In this document: piece by piece, positions 37,668 through 47,050 of the stretch | How positions within the stretch are numbered: the first letter of the stretch is position 1 | Layout: every line of letters starts with the position of its first letter | IMG/VR virus record: IMGVR_UViG_3300020197_002285 | Source of the DNA: an uncultured virus (IMG/VR IMGVR_UViG_3300020197_002285) | Taxonomy: Duplodnaviria > Heunggongvirae > Uroviricota > Caudoviricetes | DNA length: 64,000 bases | Direction: 5' to 3' (one strand) | The notes under the pieces: generated by a model | Told to the model about the DNA's origin: nothing | The model's database searches: none | The model's input: the letters and a program-made list of their open reading frames with translations, nothing else | Position numbers and translations under genes: made by a program

Positions 37668-38972
37668 CTATTCAAAACTTGTAAAAACTTGTAAAGGTGG
37701 ATGATAAACATCGACCAAAGACTTTTCAGATTTTGACCTTAAAGAAAACGATCTTGGATCGAAAAGATGTCGGTAACTGTATCCCAACTTCTTTATTTCA
37801 AGATAAAGAGATTTGTAGGTCGTAAGTTTCTTCACATCTAGTTTCTTCTTCCAACGATCAACCAAATGCTTAGGCAACTTACGTTGAATACCTACAATGC
37901 TTCCCTTTACTTCTTGTACGTCTTTATCTCGGTAATATGATACAAACAACCATGCTCTACGTGATAATTCAATAGCTGCCGCAATCGAGTCATAATCTTT
38001 TTCATTTCTAATTTGTCCTATGAATGAACTATATTCAGGGATAACTTTCTGAATTTTTATGCCAATGATATTACACCATTTGGAAATTCCTGCGGTTATT
38101 CTTTTTCGTCTCCAGTCATTATTGCAAAACTTGTTAAATCGTTTGCCTTTGCCTTTGTCGCTACTTTCAATGTTTAGTTCTTCATAAGCAAAATACTCAC
38201 ATTTGTGATGTTTTGCTGTCTCGATTAACCGCTTGACGATCTGGTAATCTTCATGTCTTTTTTTGTTTGTATTTGCTTTGTTGAGACGATGCAATCCAAT
38301 AATTTCTTTATGAATAATGCTTTCTCCATGTCTCACTACGACAGCAATGTATTTAGGATTGAGATCAATTGCACAAATGCGTTTCTTAATTGGTTTGTAT
38401 TCATTTTTTCGTAGAATACTTTCATCAAAAGTAATGAAAACACAATCTGGCTTCAATCTGACCGTAAAATATGTTACACCAAGTTCGCAAAGTTGCTGTA
38501 ATTTAACAAGCATCCAATCACGTTTGGTCTTTTTATATTGACAGCGAATCTTAGTGCTTTTATTTGGTTTGAAAATGATTTGGTGATTATTTGCATCTAA
38601 TTTGAATTTACGGTTGCCTTTATGTTTATTGGATGTTTCCCCTCTTACAATAATACTTGAGAGTTTTCTTTGTTGGTATTCTTTTTTAGTAATCAAGCCT
38701 TTGTTATAATTACGCCAATTTTTTTTCCCGCCAAATACAACCGTTTTCTGGTCGTCTCGAATAAAAGTTCTTGCCTCATTAACTGCTTCCTTTTGAAGGC
38801 TTACATCCATCAAATCAATATTTTTGAGTTTAGTTTTAACAAGATGTTCTACTTGATTTGGGTTTTTACCTTCGATCAACCTATTGAATGCGAAATTACG
38901 AACAGCAGTGAATTGCTTTTGGTAATTTTCAATATAAATTGATTCAGTTAATTCCAGCTTAATCGTAATCAT
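37668..38972 (-). CDS. TnpB-like RuvC protein lacking the Zn ribbon
   Basis: AIDLNP (RuvC-I), YEELNI (RuvC-II), YSSFIG...DSIAAAIELSRR (RuvC-III); no CxxC pairs. Confidence 0.75.
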   Translation of the reverse strand: MITIKLELTESIYIENYQKQFTAVRNFAFNRLIEGKNPNQVEHLVKTKLKNIDLMDVSLQKEAVNEARTFIRDDQKTVVFGGKKNWRNYNKGLITKKEYQQRKLSSIIVRGETSNKHKGNRKFKLDANNHQIIFKPNKSTKIRCQYKKTKRDWMLVKLQQLCELGVTYFTVRLKPDCVFITFDESILRKNEYKPIKKRICAIDLNPKYIAVVVRHGESIIHKEIIGLHRLNKANTNKKRHEDYQIVKRLIETAKHHKCEYFAYEELNIESSDKGKGKRFNKFCNNDWRRKRITAGISKWCNIIGIKIQKVIPEYSSFIGQIRNEKDYDSIAAAIELSRRAWLFVSYYRDKDVQEVKGSIVGIQRKLPKHLVDRWKKKLDVKKLTTYKSLYLEIKKLGYSYRHLFDPRSFSLRSKSEKSLVDVYHPPLQVFTSFE

Positions 38973-39145
38973 GCAATTATATAGTGGTGGTAGCACTAAT
39001 TTTTGCACAATTTATCAAAAATTATTTTGGTGAGTTTTTCTAAGATTTTATAAGTTTAGTGTAAGCTGTGACATTCCACCATGTTGGCCCAATTCAGCGT
39101 CGTCCATTTCATAGAAATTAAGCCACTGGAAGTTCTAGTTACAGC

Positions 39146-39568
39146 CTAAGCTAGAACAGGTAACATCCCACTAGCGGAAAAACCTCCAGTAGGCGGACCT
39201 TTATCGCCCTGATTTTGAACTCCCTGGTGAATTTTGAAGTAATTCAAAACAACCGTCCCAGCAAGCCTCTCTGATCCTTTTAGTTTTTCACGAAGTTTTT
39301 CTAGGTTTCTAATCAACACACGATCTGCCGTGCGTGAGCATTGAGTCCCTTTATTACCAAGTATGCCGGTTCTCCAATCGACCCCGCAGCGACAATACAT
39401 GAGATCGTGATCCCTACAAGTGGCATCAACACTGTTAATTGGCTTTGGAAGTGGTTCGCCATTTGCTAATTTTATGCAGGCTTTATCCAGTTTGGGGCCG
39501 GGGCCGCAATAGTTACCGTAATAGGTTTCGTTTAGCGTCAACCATTCCTTAAAATCTAGGTTTTCCAT
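39146..39568 (-). CDS. Phospholipase A2-like protein
   Basis: YGNYCGPG Ca-loop, DATCRDHDLMY catalytic HD..Y, AD..L; TAAATA at 39575-39580. Confidence 0.8.
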   Translation of the reverse strand: MENLDFKEWLTLNETYYGNYCGPGPKLDKACIKLANGEPLPKPINSVDATCRDHDLMYCRCGVDWRTGILGNKGTQCSRTADRVLIRNLEKLREKLKGSERLAGTVVLNYFKIHQGVQNQGDKGPPTGGFSASGMLPVLA

Positions 39569-39730
39569 AAAATCTATTTATGGACAAACTTTATTGATTT
39601 TAAGACTTCTAATTCCCACCTGTAAAGTGGAGTTGCGAAGCCCTATCCTTTCGGACAGAGAGCGTCAAATTTTTCTGACGCCTTCGCATGGTATTAAGCA
39701 TTCACCCATCAGACGTGAACTACCCCTACC

Positions 39731-40900
39731 CTAAAGGGTAGGGGCTTCCTGTTTCATTCTCAACCGCCCTTGAATGCTCTTAGGTCTTACATTGAGTCCA
39801 CAGGCTAACTCCGTAGTTCCTACGGTTCTTTTTCCTTCATTCAAAATGTTAATGGCAGCATTCTTGTCCCGATGATGCTTCGCTCTACACTTAGGACAAG
39901 TCCACTCACGCACGTCCAAAGGTAGTTTATTCATGACAAATCCGCATTCCGAACAGGTTTTGCTGGATGGAAACCACCTGTCTACCTTGATGACCGTCCT
40001 GCCATACCACTGTGCCTTGTATTCAATCTGTCTGACCAGTTCAGCCAGCGATACATCGGCGATACTTTTGGCAAGACAGTGATTCCGCATCATGCCACTT
40101 ACATTCAACGTCTCCAGACAAATGACTTGGTTCTCGTTAATTATCTGATGACTTACTTTATGTAAATGGTCATTGCGTATGTTGGCAATCTTAACATGCA
40201 AACGAGCAAGTAACTTCCTGGCTCGTTCACGGTTACTACTGCCAAGGTTCTTTCTGTGCAGGCTCTTGTTTAATGCTCGCAATCGTCTTTGCAGACTGCG
40301 ATACGGTCGGATGTTCCTATATTCTTTGCCAGAGGAAGTTGTCGCTAATGCACAGATGCCAAGGTCTATACCAACTTCCTTCTTGACCTTGCGAAGAGGT
40401 TTAATGCTACGCTCAACGAGGATAGCGACATAATACTGACCAGCATGATTGAGGCTTACGGTCGCATGACGTATTTCGCCTTCAATCTGACGATGTAACC
40501 TGACAGGAATGCCGTCCTTGAACTTAGGAAAGTAAAGTTTGTTGTCTTCAACAGCAACAAATTGAGGAATTGTGAAACTTTGCTTATCTTTACGACTGTG
40601 AAATCTCGGTAACTTTGCTCGTTTCTCGAAGAAGTTGTTATATGCTGCTTGCAAACACTTTAACTCAAACTGGAGAACCTGAGCATTAGCATCATACAAC
40701 CATTCCTTCTCGTTCTTTAACTTGGTCAGGTCGGCTGCTTGGTCGTAGTAATTAGGCGACTTCTGGTTAGCGAGGTACGAGTTCTTCCTTTGTTCAAGGA
40801 AATGATTATACACGAAACGGCAACAGCCGAAATGAGCAGACAGGCGAACCTGCTGGTCTTTCGTTGGGTAAATCCTGAATTTGTAGGTGTACAGTGCCAC
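39731..40900 (-). CDS. tnpB: RNA-guided endonuclease TnpB
   Basis: YKFRIYPT, GCCRFVYN, GIDLG, ETLNV, PSSKTCS.CG, W.CP.C..HHRD.NAA.NI. Confidence 0.95.
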   Translation of the reverse strand: MALYTYKFRIYPTKDQQVRLSAHFGCCRFVYNHFLEQRKNSYLANQKSPNYYDQAADLTKLKNEKEWLYDANAQVLQFELKCLQAAYNNFFEKRAKLPRFHSRKDKQSFTIPQFVAVEDNKLYFPKFKDGIPVRLHRQIEGEIRHATVSLNHAGQYYVAILVERSIKPLRKVKKEVGIDLGICALATTSSGKEYRNIRPYRSLQRRLRALNKSLHRKNLGSSNRERARKLLARLHVKIANIRNDHLHKVSHQIINENQVICLETLNVSGMMRNHCLAKSIADVSLAELVRQIEYKAQWYGRTVIKVDRWFPSSKTCSECGFVMNKLPLDVREWTCPKCRAKHHRDKNAAINILNEGKRTVGTTELACGLNVRPKSIQGRLRMKQEAPTL

Positions 40901-40984
40901 TTGCCGTTCCTCTGCCCTATGCTACAATGATTGCTGGGCATAATTATGTAGTAACCTGGCTCAAAAATTCTGGAGAAAAATTCC

Positions 40985-41040
40985 ATGAAAAAGGAATATC
41001 ATCATGCGAGCCACAGCAAGTATCTTCTGCACTACCAAGA
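40985..41040 (+). pseudogene. tnpA: 5' remnant of IS200 TnpA
   Basis: MKKEYHHASHSKYLLHY matches TnpA N-terminus, then similarity is lost. Confidence 0.55.
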
Positions 41041-41367
41041 CCTTAATCCTGATGGTAACTATCAGAACACGTTGTTCAAGTTGTATGAAAGGGAAGAGGG
41101 AAAAGAGGGAGAGGCATCTTTGAGCGGTGCAAGTGTTACTCAGGTCGAACCAGATGTAACCATTAGTCATTCACACTAAAGGCGGCTCTCATCCTCTACC
41201 CTAAAGGGCTGGCTTGCTCTGGTCGTTCGCTTCGCTCACTTCCGACGCAAGCCAGCATCTTCGATGTAGAGGTTTTCCCGCCGCCTATGGATAAATAATT
41301 GAGTCAACGAATAAATGCAGAGACGTTTAACAAGGATTAATGTAGTCCCTACGGCATTTGACTCAAA

Positions 41368-41440
41368 TTACAGGAGAGGGAATCGAACCGCTCTTAATCG
41401 GCTCATGAGCCGTGCTGGTGCCAATCCAGTCCATCCTGCG
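41368..41440 (-). tRNA. Initiator-type tRNA-Met(CAU), somewhat degenerate
   Basis: CGCAGGA/TCCTGTA with C1:A72 mismatch, D stem CTGG/CCAG, loop CTCATGA, T loop TTCGATT. Confidence 0.7.
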
Positions 41441-41907
41441 ATAAATAGGCCGTGACAAACTTCAAACAAAAAGAATCGAGGGAATCCCCATCGATGCCCG
41501 CTAATTCCCTTCATTCTCCATTGGCACGGCTTTTTTTGGTTGGGCAAGTTGCCTAGAACACCTACCGCCTATATATGGCGGCAACAGCAAATCCGCTAGT
41601 AAAGATTTGCCTTAAGTGTACTTACTTGCTATTTTTGGAACTGACAGCAGCATCCTTTTTGGCGGACTTGGCCTTGGATTGCTTTTTCTTTTTGCCGTCG
41701 TTACCCTTGCTTTGACCTTTAGCCATGATAATTCCCCTTTAAACAAGAAAACCCTTTGAACAAGAATAAGAAAACCCGCCCAAAGTGTTTTGTGCGACTT
41801 TTCTTATTTTACTTTTCTTATTATACCATAACTTTTCGTTCCTGTAAAGTCGTCTTTCGATTTTATTTTCTTTTCTTTCGGTTCTGCGAGTGCGTCTCGT
41901 GCATCAT

Positions 41908-42438
41908 TTATCGGTCGTCGTTGCGAACATAAGCATTGACGCCGACCGTGACCTTCTTCCCGTTCACTTCCGCTTCGGTGGTCTTGTTGCCGAAACTGGA
42001 AGCCACGGTGAAGTTCTTGCCGCTGGCTGACAACTTCGGCGGCTTCTGCAACGGCAGGCGAATCACAAGGTAATCGCCATCAATCGTGGCGGTAACTTCA
42101 CCACCGCCCTTGACACCGGCCTGCTTGATGAATTCGAGCGTATCGTTCGCCTGCAAGGCGTAATCGCTGTTGACGGCTTCACCGTTGACGAAGGCTTGGG
42201 ATTCGCCGGGGATATTGTAAGCGTGAACGAGGGACAACTTCACCGTGCTGACCTTCACGCCAACTAGATTATCGAAGTCGCCGTCAGCCGAACCATGAAC
42301 AACTCTGACTTTACCGATAGCTTCGGCCTTGGCTAAGGCTTCCTGCGCCGAAGGAATTTGAGTCGCCTGCTTCGGTGCCTCATAACTACCCTCTTGCTTG
42401 TTTGCGAAACCCCGACCCTTTTTGCGTTCTTGAGTCAT
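41908..42438 (-). CDS. Ubiquitin-like (beta-grasp) protein fused to a C-terminal ~65-aa domain
   Basis: VNGEAV..DY.L..NDTLEFIKQAGVKG Ubl C-terminus, followed in frame by GGEVT...SASGK...VASS.GN...GVNAY. Confidence 0.75.
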   Translation of the reverse strand: MTQERKKGRGFANKQEGSYEAPKQATQIPSAQEALAKAEAIGKVRVVHGSADGDFDNLVGVKVSTVKLSLVHAYNIPGESQAFVNGEAVNSDYALQANDTLEFIKQAGVKGGGEVTATIDGDYLVIRLPLQKPPKLSASGKNFTVASSFGNKTTEAEVNGKKVTVGVNAYVRNDDR

Positions 42439-42496
42439 TTCAAATCCTCTGAAAAGTGGTGGTGACAGTTAATATACGGCCAGATGATTTCTACTC

Positions 42497-43237
42497 TCAC
42501 TTCTTCGGCAAAAATCTTGTCCGAGGGACAACTTTGCCAGAAGGAATATCGAGATAAAATTCCGAATATTCCTTCGGGTCTTTTTCGTGATAACCCTTCT
42601 GAACGGCATAGAATGCCTTGAGCATGTGTGCGGCGATCAAGTTGTTCATAATGAGCAACTGTGGCGATACTGCTGCCTGTTCTTGGCATCCTTCCCGATC
42701 TTCATCAATATCGCCGGGGTTCCGGTCCTGCGGATTCTGGATTTCCGGGTGGTAGCGGGAAGCCACCGGCACCGTGATATTTTGGCCGTCACGACGAATA
42801 TGGATTTGAACATTTCCATCTTCGTAACCGTTACCGCCCGAAATAATTGTCACGTTGTCTAACTCTTCGGCTCGTTCGGAAACCAGCTTACGAGTTTTGT
42901 GGTTATCCACACAGCTAAACACAAAGTCATTCTCTCGGATAAGAGAAATAATATTGTGATCGGCCAAGTAAACCGGGTGATCCCAAAAGATCAGCCGAGG
43001 GAATTCATCACGAAGCCGTTCGGCAGTCACAGACGCCTTCGGGCCAAATTGCTTGAAAACCTGTCGTTCCCGGTTTCGCTCCTCATAAGTATCGCCGTCA
43101 ATCAGCGACACTTCGATATTTGGATGGTCACTGAATTGCAGATACCGGCAGAGAGTATCCGTAAGACAGGTTCCAATCCCACCACAGCCAATAATCTTGA
43201 TTTTCAGGCCGATATTCTTGGATTTATTCTTGGTCAT
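42497..43237 (-). CDS. ThiF/E1-like activating enzyme
   Basis: IIGCGGIG, IDGD.YE..N..RQ, SCVDN.KTR, GGN...GNV, candidate catalytic Cys in EGCQE. Confidence 0.9.
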   Translation of the reverse strand: MTKNKSKNIGLKIKIIGCGGIGTCLTDTLCRYLQFSDHPNIEVSLIDGDTYEERNRERQVFKQFGPKASVTAERLRDEFPRLIFWDHPVYLADHNIISLIRENDFVFSCVDNHKTRKLVSERAEELDNVTIISGGNGYEDGNVQIHIRRDGQNITVPVASRYHPEIQNPQDRNPGDIDEDREGCQEQAAVSPQLLIMNNLIAAHMLKAFYAVQKGYHEKDPKEYSEFYLDIPSGKVVPRTRFLPKK

Positions 43238-43268
43238 TTAACCAAACCTCTTTTTATTTCGACGTTTT

Positions 43269-44171
43269 TTAAAAGCTCAACCAGCCTTCATCATCGTCCC
43301 AGCATTCATCGCCGTCGTCGCTCCGGCGCAGGTATTCGACGGTCGCCTCGCTCTTGCCTTCCCACACAGGCCAAACCTGCTTTTCAACCTTGGGCATCCA
43401 GTCGTTTTCGATCATTTCGGTATCGTTGACAAGACCCTGTGCGTCTTCTTTCGTCAACTCGAAATCGAAATAATTGCTGTCGCCCCAAGTCATATATTGA
43501 TTCTGGGCGACTTGCTTGTTGCTCTTGCGAACCACGCCGCTGGTACAGTTTTCCGGGTCAAGTTGAACACGGTTGGCATTGACGGCAACGCTGGCTACCA
43601 TCGAAAATTCCTTGCTGTCAACGTGCCCCAAGGTGATGTGGATACCGTCGAAAGTTTCTTCGTCGTGAGTATCCGTGCCGCTGTGGAAAGCCGAAAAATT
43701 GCAGTGGGAGTGAATTGTACCCACCATCTGCCACTTCCACTGCTTCGTCACATCGATCTTGCTGTCGCCTACCCGCTCTTCATACGAGAACTGGTCGTCA
43801 CGGCGATAACTGACGCCGCTACCGCTGACTCGCTGCTGCGGGCACCAAAGTCGATACTGATTGAGTTCTTTAGAGTAGTAAAGCTGGACGTAAGCCTCTG
43901 CTTGATACTTATTCCAAACCTTACGAAAAAAGGTCAGGGCTTGGCCGATGATGCGGCCCGGAATCTTCGGCAACTTGAGCGAAATGGATGGCTTCGCATC
44001 CTCAAGCCAAGGAATACCATCGGCCTTCACAAGAGCAGAACCAACTTGTCGCTCGACGTGAATATACACGCCGTTCTTGGCCACAACGTAGTATATCCCG
44101 CTCTTGGGAAGTTCAACGCCGTCTTCGTACAAATAGATAGGGCAAAGGGGCAGAGCCTTTTCTTCCGACAT
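43269..44171 (-). CDS. JAB/JAMM-domain isopeptidase
   Basis: AEA, P.Q.VS, GTIHSHCNFSAFHSGTDTHDE (HxH...S..D). Confidence 0.9.
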   Translation of the reverse strand: MSEEKALPLCPIYLYEDGVELPKSGIYYVVAKNGVYIHVERQVGSALVKADGIPWLEDAKPSISLKLPKIPGRIIGQALTFFRKVWNKYQAEAYVQLYYSKELNQYRLWCPQQRVSGSGVSYRRDDQFSYEERVGDSKIDVTKQWKWQMVGTIHSHCNFSAFHSGTDTHDEETFDGIHITLGHVDSKEFSMVASVAVNANRVQLDPENCTSGVVRKSNKQVAQNQYMTWGDSNYFDFELTKEDAQGLVNDTEMIENDWMPKVEKQVWPVWEGKSEATVEYLRRSDDGDECWDDDEGWLSF

Positions 44172-44265
44172 TGTATTCCCCAATCAGTAAGAGAAGTTAA
44201 AAAGTCACTGTGTCAGTGAGAGGATTATACCACAGAATTCAGTCCTGTAAACCACTCTACAAAAA

Positions 44266-45117
44266 TTACAAGTCCAAAGCGGCCACGGCATCCTTGATAG
44301 CATTCTGAACGGCAAACTCAGATCGACCGACCGCACTTTGTAGCTTGGCGCTGTGAGTGGTTTCCTCGTAACGCCGGAGCAAACTCTTGACTTGGGATGC
44401 ATTTTGAAGTTTGGCTTGTAGCATTTCCATTACATCAAGTTTTTCCCAATCAGCGTAAGACTTAATTATTTTTCTCCCAACGCTGAATTGCTCAAATTTA
44501 TAAACAAATCGACTTTGCCAAAAAGTCTCAACAAATTCGTCAACCATATTTTGGGGAGAATTGAAGAAGAAATTCGGCATAGGCAAACAAACGTAGGTGT
44601 TTCCCATCGTATGACACAAAGGCAAACAGCCAAGTTCGTCGTCGATTGAAGTCAAAGGCGAAGTTCTTGCGCCAACACCCCGACCCACTATCGTATACTT
44701 TCCCACCTTATACTTTCTCACCTTGGGATGCATTGCGCCATACCTACGCCAAGCAATGTAAAAGTAAAAATAAGGGAAAGGGACATTTACAATATCATCA
44801 TCTTCTTTACCTTCTTCACTGCCAATGAATATCGTTCGACGCATCGGTTGATATTCGATGATAAACGAACCCGTGCTTTCTCCCATTTGGAAAAAACGAC
44901 AATTCATTGGCAGAACATCGGAAACAAATTGTTTGGCATGGTTCAGTCTAACCACAGTACGCTTTAACGAATCAAAAGATTTTGCGACGGATGTTGCAAT
45001 CTTGGCGTGAAATTTCCGCTTCGCCTTTGCCAAGGCTTCGGCGGATACCTTCGACTCAACAGAAATGGGGGCAGCACCCCGAACCTTGAGACGTGCCGCT
45101 TCCTTATTATTTGGCAT
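44266..45117 (-). CDS. Prokaryotic E2-like protein
   Basis: EYQP.RRTI, VPFPYFYF, LPL.H....VCL, FWQSRF; paralogous to 45179-46324. Confidence 0.6.
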   Translation of the reverse strand: MPNNKEAARLKVRGAAPISVESKVSAEALAKAKRKFHAKIATSVAKSFDSLKRTVVRLNHAKQFVSDVLPMNCRFFQMGESTGSFIIEYQPMRRTIFIGSEEGKEDDDIVNVPFPYFYFYIAWRRYGAMHPKVRKYKVGKYTIVGRGVGARTSPLTSIDDELGCLPLCHTMGNTYVCLPMPNFFFNSPQNMVDEFVETFWQSRFVYKFEQFSVGRKIIKSYADWEKLDVMEMLQAKLQNASQVKSLLRRYEETTHSAKLQSAVGRSEFAVQNAIKDAVAALDL

Positions 45118-45178
45118 TTCTCACCAGTTTTTGCAATTAAGTAAGGGGAAACTGTGTAAGGGGAAACTGTCATGAGGC

Positions 45179-46324
45179 TTAACCTTCCATTGCTTCAAGT
45201 GCAAAAGGTAGGTGACTACGAACCCACTCCGTGAATTCGGCTTTCATGCGATCCTTTGTAATCCGATTCCTTTCGGCATCGGCGGCTCGCTCTTTTTCCA
45301 ATTTAATCGAAAGCTGTTCCCACAATTCGGCATAAGCAAGAACAACGATTTCCTTGACGATTTCGCCCATCGTCTCAACGTGTACTTTTTCACGATTTTC
45401 GCCCGTCACATCAAGATCAATAAGCAACTTTTGGACTTCGCCGCCGATCTGCCCGACCGCTGTGAGAATGTGCTGCTTGAGCAGAGCAACCAAATTGTTC
45501 TGCCCATCGATACGAAAAGTTTGTTGCAACTTCACGTTTGCTGGCGACAACTTGAAGTCCATTGCACAAAGCGAATTTTGTTTGCTTTTGGCAACCCACT
45601 GATGCATGGTCATGTGATGATTGATTTCCAAAAATCTACAAACCCGGTCAACGTGGTCAATTCCAAAAATTGTCTGCCAGAAACCAGAAATAATGTCATT
45701 GCATTGGTCGTCAATTTTTCCATCGTTTTGGGATTTCATACGAAATTCGCCAAGACAGACTTTCGCCCCACTAATGTTGGGAAGAGGTGCCACAGCCAAT
45801 TCGTCGTTAGTAGAAGTCAGAGGACGAGAACGCCAATAGACTTTCAATTCGCCGTTATATTGCCCATTAACGAATTGCATAACGAAAATCGTATATGGCA
45901 GAGCCAAATAATACGATTGCGTACCCGCCGCTCTGTTCGACGGATCAAAGACTCTTACAGCATCTTCGATGAAAAACAGGGTGCGAACCTGCGGTGGCTG
46001 TTCAATGACAACATTTAAGACATTGCCATCCTGCTTGATATATCGTGTCCCAATTGGGAATACCGGCAAATCAACAGTGGCATCACGGCTCTTTTCCAAG
46101 AAATTAACCGTGGCATCCATCAAGCTGCGAGAAAGATTGATGACGAAATTGTGAATGATCGGAGCAGTATCTTCCTTGAGTTGGGCACTGACGCCCTGCT
46201 GAACTCGTTCGAGAACAGCATCGGAAGACTTCTTCATAACCTTAACGGCCTGCTTGCTCCAATCCTTGTGTTCGATTGTCTGCTGAACTTGCTTAACAAT
46301 TTGTTCCTTCGTAGGCATCGTCAT
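45179..46324 (-). CDS. Prokaryotic E2-like protein (family D type)
   Basis: EQPPQVRTL, LALPYTIF, APLPNI...VCLG, FWQTIF. Confidence 0.7.
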   Translation of the reverse strand: MTMPTKEQIVKQVQQTIEHKDWSKQAVKVMKKSSDAVLERVQQGVSAQLKEDTAPIIHNFVINLSRSLMDATVNFLEKSRDATVDLPVFPIGTRYIKQDGNVLNVVIEQPPQVRTLFFIEDAVRVFDPSNRAAGTQSYYLALPYTIFVMQFVNGQYNGELKVYWRSRPLTSTNDELAVAPLPNISGAKVCLGEFRMKSQNDGKIDDQCNDIISGFWQTIFGIDHVDRVCRFLEINHHMTMHQWVAKSKQNSLCAMDFKLSPANVKLQQTFRIDGQNNLVALLKQHILTAVGQIGGEVQKLLIDLDVTGENREKVHVETMGEIVKEIVVLAYAELWEQLSIKLEKERAADAERNRITKDRMKAEFTEWVRSHLPFALEAMEG

Positions 46325-46391
46325 TTTATTTCTCTATTTCGGGCACTACGGCAGATACCACCCTGATTTTATTCGTGATCCCTTACAGTTG

Positions 46392-46928
46392 TCATGCGGC
46401 ATCCCGATATTTTTCCCTGATTTTATTCGTGATCCGTTGGAGTTTGTGATACACAGTAACTCGGCTCACACCACGCTTGTCTGCAACTTCTGTAATTGGC
46501 TCGGCCTTTACCTTGACAGCGATCAGCACTTCCAGATCATCTTTCTCTTCGTCGCTCCAAGTGACTTTGCTGAGCCATCCCATAAAGTCGGGAATATCTT
46601 CAAGTTGTTTTTCCCATTGAAGTTCATCTATCTGGTTCGACCACTGTTTATCGTCAAGATATTCAAGCTCGGCCTTTCTTTTCTTTCGGCTTTCGGCTCG
46701 CTTGTAGTCAATCAATTTGTTGACCATCGCAATGTATGCAACCGAGGAAAATGCCCCCTGTTCAGGAATGTAACTCTGGCTTGCGAGAACCAAAGCCTCG
46801 CAAGCCAGAGAAAATTCCATAGTGTCCTGTACTCGCTCGTTTCGATGAACGAATCGTGCGGCTACAGTGTGAGCCAATCCTAAATGTTCTTCGGGTCGAA
46901 TTTTCACAAAAGTTTCATCAACACTCAT
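46392..46928 (-). CDS. Sigma70-family (ECF-like) sigma factor
   Basis: Region 2 (HLGLA..VA.RF, FSSVAY....N.LIDY.R) and region 4 HTH (EVA..RGVSR.TV). Confidence 0.75.
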   Translation of the reverse strand: MSVDETFVKIRPEEHLGLAHTVAARFVHRNERVQDTMEFSLACEALVLASQSYIPEQGAFSSVAYIAMVNKLIDYKRAESRKKRKAELEYLDDKQWSNQIDELQWEKQLEDIPDFMGWLSKVTWSDEEKDDLEVLIAVKVKAEPITEVADKRGVSRVTVYHKLQRITNKIREKYRDAA

Positions 46929-47050
46929 AAGGAATTGGGACTCTAGTTACTCCCAGATTATACCACCGATCAAGTAGGTTGTAAAGCCTAAATATCCGCA
47001 AGAACTTGCCGGACCTTCTGCAACTGAGCAATACGTCCCTCACGGGTCAT

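Larger units (their letters stand above)
39715..41290 (-). mobile_element. IS200/IS605-family element: intact tnpB, truncated divergent tnpA, hairpin ends
   Basis: Right end GAAGCCCCTACCCTTTAGGGTAGGGGTAGTTCAC; related CCTCTACCCTAAAGGG..GTAGAGG hairpin near 41190-41272. Confidence 0.75.

Noticed and set aside
41310..41356. Group I intron R/S-like words (CAGAGAC, GTAGTCC)
   Set aside because: P7 pairing is imperfect, there is no room for P3-P6, and no host exon is present
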